A stretch of 37,466 bases of DNA, from assembly GCA_021789795.1 (NCBI GenBank), contig JAJYJA010000001.1, forward strand, positions 1 to 37,466, given 5' to 3'. Shown piece by piece: positions 1 through 7,707 of the stretch. Position 1 is the stretch's first letter; each line of letters begins with the position of its first letter. The position numbers and the translations under genes were made by a program. Under the pieces are notes generated by a model. The model was not told the DNA's origin. It worked only from the letters and a program-made list of their open reading frames with translations, and searched no databases. Origin of the DNA: Deltaproteobacteria bacterium. Lineage in GTDB: Bacteria > Desulfobacterota > Desulfobulbia > Desulfobulbales > VMSU01.

Positions 1-36
1 AGATGCCAATTCTGCGGCACTAAGCTGGATAGTTGC
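1..36 (+). mobile_element. Right-end fragment (tail module) of the MITE family, truncated by the window edge
   Basis: gatgccaattctgcggcactaagctggatagttgc aligns with the tail modules at 18655-18693 and 20434-20468 (ggtgccaatNNtgcggcact..gctggatagttac). The terminal GTTAC is degenerated to GTTGC. Confidence 0.55.
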
Positions 37-163
37 GAAAGATGTAAAGAAAATTCCGCATCAGGCCGATAGAGTGGAAAAGCGGGCCTTCCCGTGATGA
101 TCTCCGCCATCGGGCCGGGCTGGCCTGATGACTACCTACTTGACTATCCCCGCACCTTGAGCC

Positions 164-883
164 ATGAATAAGACTCAGACCTCAGCGCCCCACTGGCGGC
201 GACGCCTCCTTCCCCGCGAGCCCCGCCCGGCCCGGGCCCGGGCCGCCATCTGTGGCCTGGCTTGCTTTACCGTCCTCTACTGCTCCGCCGCCGGACGGGG
301 CGAGCCCCAGGCGCCCGCCGCCTCACTCCAGACGTCCCAGGCAGCCCTCGCCGACCGGAGTGAGGCGGCGCGCCTTGAGGCCGTCATCCGGCAGATGGCC
401 GGGGCCCTCTTCGCCCATCTGGGCGACGACGCCGACCCCAGCCAGGGCGACCTGGCCGGCGGCATCGTGGTCAGCAGCTTCGTGGATCTAAGGCAGTTGA
501 CCCGCACCTCCTCCTTTGGCCGTTATCTGGCGGAGCAGCTCATGGGCGAGTTCCAGCAGCGGGGCTACCGGGTGGTGGAGATCAGGAAGAGCAAGGACAT
601 CTTGATTCAGGAACGGCGGGGCGAGTACGGGCTGTCCCGGAATCCCGGGGAGATCACGCCCGAGGTCGCGGCCCAGGCCCTGGTCACCGGCACCTACACC
701 GTGACCGAGGACAGCATCCTGGTCAACGCCAAGGTCTTGGACAACCGGAGCGCGGTGCTGCTCTCCAGCGCCACCATGGTCTTCCCGCGCACCAAACTGG
801 CCAATCTGCTCCTGGCCGACAGCGCCTCCGCCCGTCCGCCCAGGACGCGCCCGGAGATGACCACCATGAAACGCCTCGAATGA
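164..883 (+). CDS. FlgO/LpoB-like (TolB-N-like fold) periplasmic or outer-membrane-associated protein, paralog 1
   Basis: Hydrophobic N-terminal segment. Core GGIVVSSFVDLRQLTRTSSFGRYLAEQLMGEFQQRGYRVVEIR...ALVTGTYTV..ILVNAKVLD fits the FlgO-family pattern as I recall it. Strong GC3 bias. ATGA overlap with the next gene. Confidence 0.6.
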   Translation: MNKTQTSAPHWRRRLLPREPRPARARAAICGLACFTVLYCSAAGRGEPQAPAASLQTSQAALADRSEAARLEAVIRQMAGALFAHLGDDADPSQGDLAGGIVVSSFVDLRQLTRTSSFGRYLAEQLMGEFQQRGYRVVEIRKSKDILIQERRGEYGLSRNPGEITPEVAAQALVTGTYTVTEDSILVNAKVLDNRSAVLLSSATMVFPRTKLANLLLADSASARPPRTRPEMTTMKRLE

Positions 884-1593
884 GGCCAAAGACCGTTAGG
901 GCCGACATGAAGCTCAGATCAACTCCCGCCTCGCCCTGCCCGCCGCCCCGCCGCCGAGTGACGCTGCTCGTCGGCCTGCCGTTGGCGGTGGCCTGCCTCC
1001 TCCCCCCTCACTCCTGGGCCGGCCAGGGCCCGGAACCGCCCGCCGGCCCGGCCGCCGAAGCTACAAGGCCCGCCCCCACGCCCCTGGCTCTCGACCTGGG
1101 CCGCATGTCGCGGGAGGTGGCGGGCAAGGTCTTCTACCAGCTCAAGGCCGACGGCCATGAGGACTCCCGCGCCCGGCTGGCGGTGGTCTGCGCGGTGCCG
1201 CTCTCCGACCTCAAGCGGGAGACCGAATTCGGGCGGATGGTGGCCGAATACTACCTGACCGACCTCGCGGACCGAGGCCTCAAGGTGCGGGAGCTGCGCC
1301 TGGGAAAAGACATCAACATCCTGCCCCAGGCCGGGGAATTCATCCTCTCCCAGAACCTGGGCGAGCTGGCGACCGATGCCCCGGCACTCGACTACGTGGT
1401 GGTCTCGACCTTCACCAACACCCGCAACACCCTCATCCTCCAGGGCCGGCTGGTCTCCCTGCAAGACGGCCTGGTCAGCAGCTCCTGGCGCTACACCTTC
1501 CCTCTCACCCGGGATCTGACCACCCTCCTTACCGACCAGCCCCGGCCCTGCACCATCGCGGTCAAGGGGTTCGCTGGCGGGCAACAGAATTAG
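880..1593 (+). CDS. FlgO/LpoB-like periplasmic protein, paralog 2
   Basis: Same layout as paralog 1: LAVVCAVPLSDLKRETEFGRMVAEYYLTDLADRGLKVRELR...YVVVSTFTNTRNTLILQGRLVS. Signal-like LLVGLPLAVACLL. Start is either 880 (ATGA coupling) or ATG 907. Confidence 0.6.
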   Translation: MRPKTVRADMKLRSTPASPCPPPRRRVTLLVGLPLAVACLLPPHSWAGQGPEPPAGPAAEATRPAPTPLALDLGRMSREVAGKVFYQLKADGHEDSRARLAVVCAVPLSDLKRETEFGRMVAEYYLTDLADRGLKVRELRLGKDINILPQAGEFILSQNLGELATDAPALDYVVVSTFTNTRNTLILQGRLVSLQDGLVSSSWRYTFPLTRDLTTLLTDQPRPCTIAVKGFAGGQQN

Positions 1594-1606
1594 GCGCGGA
1601 GGCGAG

Positions 1607-2113
1607 ATGACCAGGCAACTCTGGCGGCTCTTCCTGCCCCTGGCGCTGACCGCGCTCGGGACGTTTATCGCCGTCTCCGCCGTCCGGGCCACGGAAACCG
1701 CCGTCCCCGCCGAGGCACCCACCACCGTCACCTATCAGACCCCCGCCGATCTGGCGGAGCTGGTCAACACCGTCTGCGACGGGGCCAGGTCACGGTTCCA
1801 CGGCTTTTTTGGCCCCCAGGTGATCTGGGTTAAGCCCTTCCTCACCCTGGGACAGAAGCAGGGAAACCGGCCCACGGAGCTGGGGGCCACCCTGGCCGAC
1901 CAGATGACCGCGGTCATCAACAACGACACCCTGAGCACCAGGGGCAAGGCGAGCGGCTCGGTGACCCAGGGCCTGACCGGGGTGCTCCAGGAGCTAGACG
2001 GCTACCTGCGGATTAACATCAGCGGGGTGAACGCGGCCGGCGAGCGGGCCTCCTACGTGGTCAACGTCGAGATGTCGGAGCCCATCTACCGGGCCCTGCA
2101 CACCTATCCCTGA
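1607..2113 (+). CDS. Secreted protein, divergent third FlgO-like paralog (tentative)
   Basis: Signal peptide MTRQLWRLFLPLALTALGTFIAVSAVRA. VIWVKPFLTL....PTELGATLADQMTAVI and LTGVLQELDGYLRINIS loosely repeat the paralog pattern. GGAGG lies upstream of the ATG. Confidence 0.45.
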   Translation: MTRQLWRLFLPLALTALGTFIAVSAVRATETAVPAEAPTTVTYQTPADLAELVNTVCDGARSRFHGFFGPQVIWVKPFLTLGQKQGNRPTELGATLADQMTAVINNDTLSTRGKASGSVTQGLTGVLQELDGYLRINISGVNAAGERASYVVNVEMSEPIYRALHTYP

Positions 2114-2118
2114 TTGCC

Positions 2119-3972
2119 ATGCCGGAAGAAAAGGACGACTGGCTAGACGACCTGGAAGACGCCATCGCCGCCTCGCCCGAGAGCGGCCCGGCCCAGTCCG
2201 ACCTCAGTTCCCTGTTGATCGAGGATGAGGCCCAGACGCCCGCCCCCTCGCCGGGAGAGGAAGCTCAGACGGAAACGGATGAGCTTGATCAATCGGCGAT
2301 CGACGCCCTGCTCTCCGGGGGCGACGGGGCGGCGGCCGAGGCCGGGGAGCTTTCGCAGTCGGATCTCGACACCCTCCTGGTCAGCCCCCAGACGCCCGCC
2401 CCGGCCAAGGAGACCGCCGACCCAGATCAGGACGAGATCGACAAGCTGTTCTCCGAGGCCGACAGCCTCGACGCCGCCACCGAGGTACCCTTCCCGGAGT
2501 CGGAGACCGACTTCAAGGACCTCTTCGACGGTCAGGAACCGGCAGCCCCGTCCCCCACCCCGGCCCCGCCTCTCGACTTCGACAGCGACGAATTCAAGCT
2601 CGACACGGAGATCCCCGACATCCCGGACAGCATCGGCCTCGCCTCCCCGCCTGCGGAGCCGCCCCCCCCGGCGGACGAGGCCACCGCCGTCGCCGAACCG
2701 CCACCCGAGGCCGCCGCCCCCTCCCCAGCCGGAGAGGAGGCTCCGCCCGCCCTCGCCCCGTCCGCCGTCGCTGGACTCGGGGCCGGGCTCGCCCTGCTGC
2801 TCGCCAAGCGCCGGCTGCTCCTGGGGGCCGGGCTGCTGGCCCTGCTGCTCTTAATCGGCGGCGGGCTCTTTTTCGCCCGCCACCGGCGGACAGCCCCGGT
2901 TCCGCCCGCCGTGCAGGAGGAGACGGCGCCCGTCCCGGCGGCCCCGGAACCCGCCCGGCCGCCGGGGCCGCCCCCCCCGGCAGCGGCCCCGGCGCCAGGC
3001 GTCACCGCCATCCCGCCCCCGGCGGCCCCCGCCCCCCCGGTGGTCGCCGATCTCGATCTCACCCTGCCGGCGGACAGTCAAGAGCTGGTAATCACCCTGC
3101 ACGCCTCCGACCCGGACAACCGGGAGCTAAGCTACGACTTCGTGTCCATGCCCCAGCACGGCCAACTCTCCGGGCAGGCCCCCAACCTGATCTACACCCC
3201 CCAGCCCGGTTTCAGCGGCCAGGACAGCTTTTCGGTCAAGGCCGGAAACGGCGCCAGCGAGAGCGCCCCAGCCACCGTCCGCATCACTAGGCTGGCCCCG
3301 ACCAAGGCGGCCCCGCCGGAGACGAAGGCCGAGGCCAAGGAGGAGACGATAAGGGCCCAGGACGCCAGCTACACCGTCACCGGCGGCCAGGGCCGGAGGA
3401 TCGACTGGCGGCGGCTCTGGCGGGCGGCCAACCGGTCGTCAGAGACTTACCAGGCCCGGGTGGACATCCTGACCCCGCCCCGGCACGGCGACGTGCGGCT
3501 CAAGGGCGAGGCGGCGATCTATCGGCCCGCCTCAGGCTTTGCGGGCGCCGACACCCTCCGCTACCGCTTCCGTTTAGGCTCCCGGATGTCGGCGCCCGCC
3601 ACCCTGACCATGCGGGTGATCCAGCCCCGCCCCCCTAAGCCCCCGTTGATCCACCTGCAAGCCCTGGCCCCGGAGTACCAGACCGGCGACACCGTAAGCC
3701 TAAATGCCAGCCAAACCCTAGCCGGCAGCCGCCCCCCCGGCCTGATCTTCACCTGGGAGCAGCAGTCCGGGCCGCCGGTGCGGCTGCGGGCCCTAGACGA
3801 GTCCGAGTCGCGGGTGGACTTCGTGGCCCCGGCCTTCTTCAGCAACGAGGATGACCCGCGTCTGACCTTCCTCCTGACCGTGACCGCCCCCAACGGGCAG
3901 AGCGCCTCCCGGGAGGTCGTGGTCAGGGTCAAGTCCCGCCGTCACTCCGCCCTCTGGGGCCAAGGCCACTGA
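2119..3972 (+). CDS. Bitopic membrane protein: acidic N-terminal region with four FliM-N-like EIDALL motifs, Pro-rich linkers, one TM helix, and two cadherin/Ig-like domains plus one PKD-like domain
   Basis: Motifs AQSDLSSLL, DQSAIDALLSGG, LSQSDLDTLL and DQDEIDKLF (nt 2191-2451). TM LLLGAGLLALLLLIGGGLFFA (within nt 2770-2877). Ig-like signatures LIYTPQPGFSGQDSFSVKAGNG..ATVRI and AIYRPASGFAGADTLRYRF. PKD-like LNASQT....FTWEQQSGPPV...FVAP...LTFLLTVTAPNG. Confidence 0.7.
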   Translation: MPEEKDDWLDDLEDAIAASPESGPAQSDLSSLLIEDEAQTPAPSPGEEAQTETDELDQSAIDALLSGGDGAAAEAGELSQSDLDTLLVSPQTPAPAKETADPDQDEIDKLFSEADSLDAATEVPFPESETDFKDLFDGQEPAAPSPTPAPPLDFDSDEFKLDTEIPDIPDSIGLASPPAEPPPPADEATAVAEPPPEAAAPSPAGEEAPPALAPSAVAGLGAGLALLLAKRRLLLGAGLLALLLLIGGGLFFARHRRTAPVPPAVQEETAPVPAAPEPARPPGPPPPAAAPAPGVTAIPPPAAPAPPVVADLDLTLPADSQELVITLHASDPDNRELSYDFVSMPQHGQLSGQAPNLIYTPQPGFSGQDSFSVKAGNGASESAPATVRITRLAPTKAAPPETKAEAKEETIRAQDASYTVTGGQGRRIDWRRLWRAANRSSETYQARVDILTPPRHGDVRLKGEAAIYRPASGFAGADTLRYRFRLGSRMSAPATLTMRVIQPRPPKPPLIHLQALAPEYQTGDTVSLNASQTLAGSRPPGLIFTWEQQSGPPVRLRALDESESRVDFVAPAFFSNEDDPRLTFLLTVTAPNGQSASREVVVRVKSRRHSALWGQGH

Positions 3973-4012
3973 ATCCGGCGCCCGGCGTTGCCCCCTCCCG
4001 CCAGACCCCCGA

Positions 4013-4681
<669 letters not shown>

Positions 4682-4894
4682 GGAATTTCCTCCGTTGGTA
4701 AGCAGAGCGTGGGTCAGGGAACAGGTAGATCGGCCTGTTTGAGACGCCGTCAGCCTTGCCCTATACCAGATTCCCGGCCAATGCGCTTGTCGCTTTTGCG
4801 GTTGCCCGCCGCCCGCCCTCCTACCAAGTGGCAGTTACTCCCAAAAACGTCCGCCTCCCGGCAGGGGACGCGGGTTAGCGGGCGGCGAAAAAAT

Positions 4895-4924
4895 TTGACA
4901 GCCGCGTTTTTTTCTGCGTATCCT
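4895..4924 (+). promoter_or_regulatory. Candidate sigma70-type promoter for the 5020 gene and the MCP
   Basis: TTGACA (4895-4900), an 18-nt T-rich spacer, then TATCCT (4919-4924), about 95 nt upstream of the ATG at 5020. Confidence 0.35.
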
Positions 4925-5019
4925 TATAGGTATTCGCCCCAGGCCGTCCTAACCTGGGATCTGCCACGCCATCCCTGGACGTCGCCGGCTGGACAAACCA
5001 CTTTTACAGGAGAATATTT

Positions 5020-5346
5020 ATGAAAATCAAGGCGTTACTGTTGGCAGTACTGGCAATTTTCCTGTTCGCCTCCACCCAGGCCTCGGCCGAGACCCAGTGG
5101 CAGAAGACCCACCCGCGCCGGGTGCAGGTCAACCAGCGGCTAAAGAAGCAGAACCGACGCCTCCACCAGGAGGTGAAGGAAGGCGACCTGAGCAAGAAAA
5201 AGGCCGCCCGTCTGCACCGCAAGGATAAAGGTATCCGTCGGGAGGAGCGCGCCATGGCGCACAATAACGGCGGCCACCTCACCAAGCAGGAACAGGGGAT
5301 CATCAACCGCCAGGAAAACCGGGTCAGCCACCAGATCGGTCAGTAA
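5020..5346 (+). CDS. Small secreted, highly basic (Lys/Arg/Gln-rich) protein of unknown function
   Basis: AGGAG RBS. Signal peptide MKIKALLLAVLAIFLFASTQASA|E. Coding-type GC3 bias. The MCP start lies 36 nt downstream. Confidence 0.7.
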   Translation: MKIKALLLAVLAIFLFASTQASAETQWQKTHPRRVQVNQRLKKQNRRLHQEVKEGDLSKKKAARLHRKDKGIRREERAMAHNNGGHLTKQEQGIINRQENRVSHQIGQ

Positions 5347-5382
5347 GCAACGCCCGGCCAACTTTACCAGAGGTAACGCTCC

Positions 5383-7614
5383 ATGAAGAAGATGAAGCTA
5401 AGCGCCAAAATCACCGGCGGTTTCGGGATCGTCATCCTGCTGATGATCGGGGTGATCGGGGTCTATCAGTTCTCCTCCCTGCGCACCACCAGCGGCTTTG
5501 AAGACCTGCTGGGCGACGACATCTTAATCGAAAACCACGCCCTGCAGGCGGATGTCGAGCTGGAGGCGGCCTTAAACGCCCAGACCGAGTTTTTGGCCAG
5601 CAAGGGGCAGCAGGCGGTGGCGGCGCACCAAAAGGCGGTGGCCGGGTTTACCAAGCATATCCAGGCCCTCAAGGCGGTGGAGGACAAGAACAACCCCAAG
5701 CAGGCCAAGGTGGCCGCCGAGCTCCTGGCCGGGATGGGCGAGTACGACGCCCTGTTCGGCAAGATGACGCAGGCGGTGGCCGCCATCGGGGCCAACGATA
5801 ACGAGGGCGACCAGGGCCGCTTCCGCAAGGCGATCCACGACCTGGAGGACGACCTGAAGGAGCACGACCAGGGTGATCTGGCCACCGCCCTGGCCAGGAT
5901 GCGCCACGCCGAGAAGGACTTCATCCTCTCCGGCGGCGAGGCCAAGGGGGCGGCCTTCAAGACCGCGCTCGCCAACTACACCGCCACCCTGAACGCCTCC
6001 ACCTGCGAGGCGGAGGCCAAGGCGGCCCAGCAGAAGGCGCTCGCCGACTACCAGGCGGCGGCGGACAAGCTTATGGCCGGCGGGGCCGGGGATCGCGAGG
6101 CGGCGACCAAGGCCCTGGCCGCCTCGGGCGAGGCCATGGACACCGCCCTCAACTCGGTAAACGTCCCCGACATCCGCACCCGGCTGCTCTCCATCCGCCG
6201 GCACGAGAAGAACTTCATGCTCCGAGGCGAGGACACCTACCTCAAGCAGACCCACGCCGCCATCGCCAAATTCAAGGAGACGGTGGAGAAGTCGGGCATC
6301 ATGCAGAAGCACATGGGCCCGCTGCTCGCCGAGCTAGCCGCCTACCAGCAGGGCTTTGACGACATGAGCGCCAAGATGACCGCCCTGGCCCAGGACCAGG
6401 CGGCGGCGGCCAAGCTGGTCAAGGGGCGTATCGACCCGGCGATTAAGGAGATCGTCAACGAGAGCCGCACCACCGGCGACGCCACCTCGGCCAGCATCGT
6501 CGCGTTGGCCCAGCGTTTGTCCGGCATCGCCATCGCGGCCAGCCTGATCATCATCGTCTTCGCCATCGGCCTGGCCCTGGCCCTGGCCCGTTCCATCTGC
6601 GGGCCCATCGACCGGGCGGTCAAGGGGATCATCGCCGGCGCCGAGCAGGTCTCCGCCGCCTCGAACCAGGTCTCGGCCTCCAGCATCACCCTGGCCGAGG
6701 GCGCCACCGAGCAGGCGGCCTCGCTGGAGGAGACCAGCGCCTCGATGGAGGAGATGTCCTCCATGACCCGCCAGAACTCGGAGAACGCCGCCCAGGCCGA
6801 CGGCCTGATGCGCGAGTCCCTGGCCGTGATCCAGCAGGCCGACAGCGCCATGCAGGAGATGGGCCGCTCGATGACCGAGATCGCCCAGGCCAGCGCCGAG
6901 ACCTCGAAGATCATCAAGACCATCGACGAAATCGCCTTCCAGACCAACCTCCTGGCCCTAAACGCGGCGGTCGAGGCGGCCCGGGCCGGGGAGGCGGGGG
7001 CCGGGTTTGCGGTGGTGGCCGAGGAGGTGCGGAATCTGGCCATGCGCTCCACCGAGGCGGCCAAGAACACCGCGAGCCTCATCGAGGGCACGGTGGCCAA
7101 GGTGACCAGCGGCAAGACCATCGTCGAGCAGGCCACCTCCGCCTTCCACGGGGTGGCGGAGAGCAGCTCCAAGGTGGCGGGCCTGATCGGCGAGATCGCC
7201 ACCGCCTCCAAGGAGCAGGCCCAGGGATTTGCCCAGATCAGCCAGGCCATCACCCAGATGGACGCGGTGACCCAGCAGAACTCGGCCACCGCCGAGGAGT
7301 CGGCGGCGGCCGCCGCCGAGCTGAACACCCAGGCCAGCGCCATGATGGGCACGGTGCGCGAGATCCAGGTGCTGGTCAACGGCGGCGAGGAGCTAAAGAG
7401 GCCGCCCGCCCCGCCCACGCTGGCGGCGGGCCGCAAGGCCAGGCCCGAGGTCGCCGAACACCGGCGGGCGGGCCAGGCCAAGACCGCCCTGCCCCCGCCC
7501 GCCGCCAAGCGTCCGGCGGGCCCGGCCCCCAAGCCGGCCAAGAAGCCGGGGGCCGGGCCCTCGCCCGAGGAGATCATCCCCATGGACGACGAGCACAACT
7601 TCGAGGACTTCTGA
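5383..7614 (+). CDS. Methyl-accepting chemotaxis protein: large helical periplasmic sensor, no recognisable HAMP, long Pro-rich C-terminal tether ending NFEDF
   Basis: Two TM segments (about aa 10-30 and 380-402). [16 protein letters not shown] and the hairpin tip [38 protein letters not shown] are canonical MCP signalling motifs. Confidence 0.95.
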   Translation: MKKMKLSAKITGGFGIVILLMIGVIGVYQFSSLRTTSGFEDLLGDDILIENHALQADVELEAALNAQTEFLASKGQQAVAAHQKAVAGFTKHIQALKAVEDKNNPKQAKVAAELLAGMGEYDALFGKMTQAVAAIGANDNEGDQGRFRKAIHDLEDDLKEHDQGDLATALARMRHAEKDFILSGGEAKGAAFKTALANYTATLNASTCEAEAKAAQQKALADYQAAADKLMAGGAGDREAATKALAASGEAMDTALNSVNVPDIRTRLLSIRRHEKNFMLRGEDTYLKQTHAAIAKFKETVEKSGIMQKHMGPLLAELAAYQQGFDDMSAKMTALAQDQAAAAKLVKGRIDPAIKEIVNESRTTGDATSASIVALAQRLSGIAIAASLIIIVFAIGLALALARSICGPIDRAVKGIIAGAEQVSAASNQVSASSITLAEGATEQAASLEETSASMEEMSSMTRQNSENAAQADGLMRESLAVIQQADSAMQEMGRSMTEIAQASAETSKIIKTIDEIAFQTNLLALNAAVEAARAGEAGAGFAVVAEEVRNLAMRSTEAAKNTASLIEGTVAKVTSGKTIVEQATSAFHGVAESSSKVAGLIGEIATASKEQAQGFAQISQAITQMDAVTQQNSATAEESAAAAAELNTQASAMMGTVREIQVLVNGGEELKRPPAPPTLAAGRKARPEVAEHRRAGQAKTALPPPAAKRPAGPAPKPAKKPGAGPSPEEIIPMDDEHNFEDF

Positions 7615-7650
7615 TTCGCTTGCAAGCCTGACGGACATGGGTTAGGGTAA

Positions 7651-7675
7651 AGGGCCGCCCGCTTGGCGCGGCCCT
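7651..7675 (+). terminator. GC-rich stem-loop downstream of the MCP (possible terminator, no U-tract)
   Basis: agggccgc / gcggccct form an 8-bp perfect stem with a 9-nt loop. It is followed by actccc, not a T run. Confidence 0.3.
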
Positions 7676-7707
7676 ACTCCCTAATCTAAAAACGCCCGAG
7701 GACAGGC

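Noticed and set aside
2225-2854. 209-aa +2-frame ORF inside the 2119-3972 gene, and the strongly Pro/Ala-biased nucleotide stretches there.
   Set aside because: The Arg/Pro/Ser-rich translation is a by-product of the CCG/GCC-rich coding of Pro-rich linkers. I see no sign of frameshifting or tandem DNA repeats beyond compositional bias.
6342-7625. 427-aa ORF antisense to the MCP gene. The same class includes 919-1731(-), 5572-6312(-), 7822-8718(-), 12764-13522(-), 18934-19644(-), 36039-36839(-) and others.
   Set aside because: The translations are Ala/Arg/Gly/Pro/Ser-rich low-complexity strings with no family resemblance. They lie opposite genes with unambiguous motifs. Long open antisense frames are expected in GC-rich DNA.
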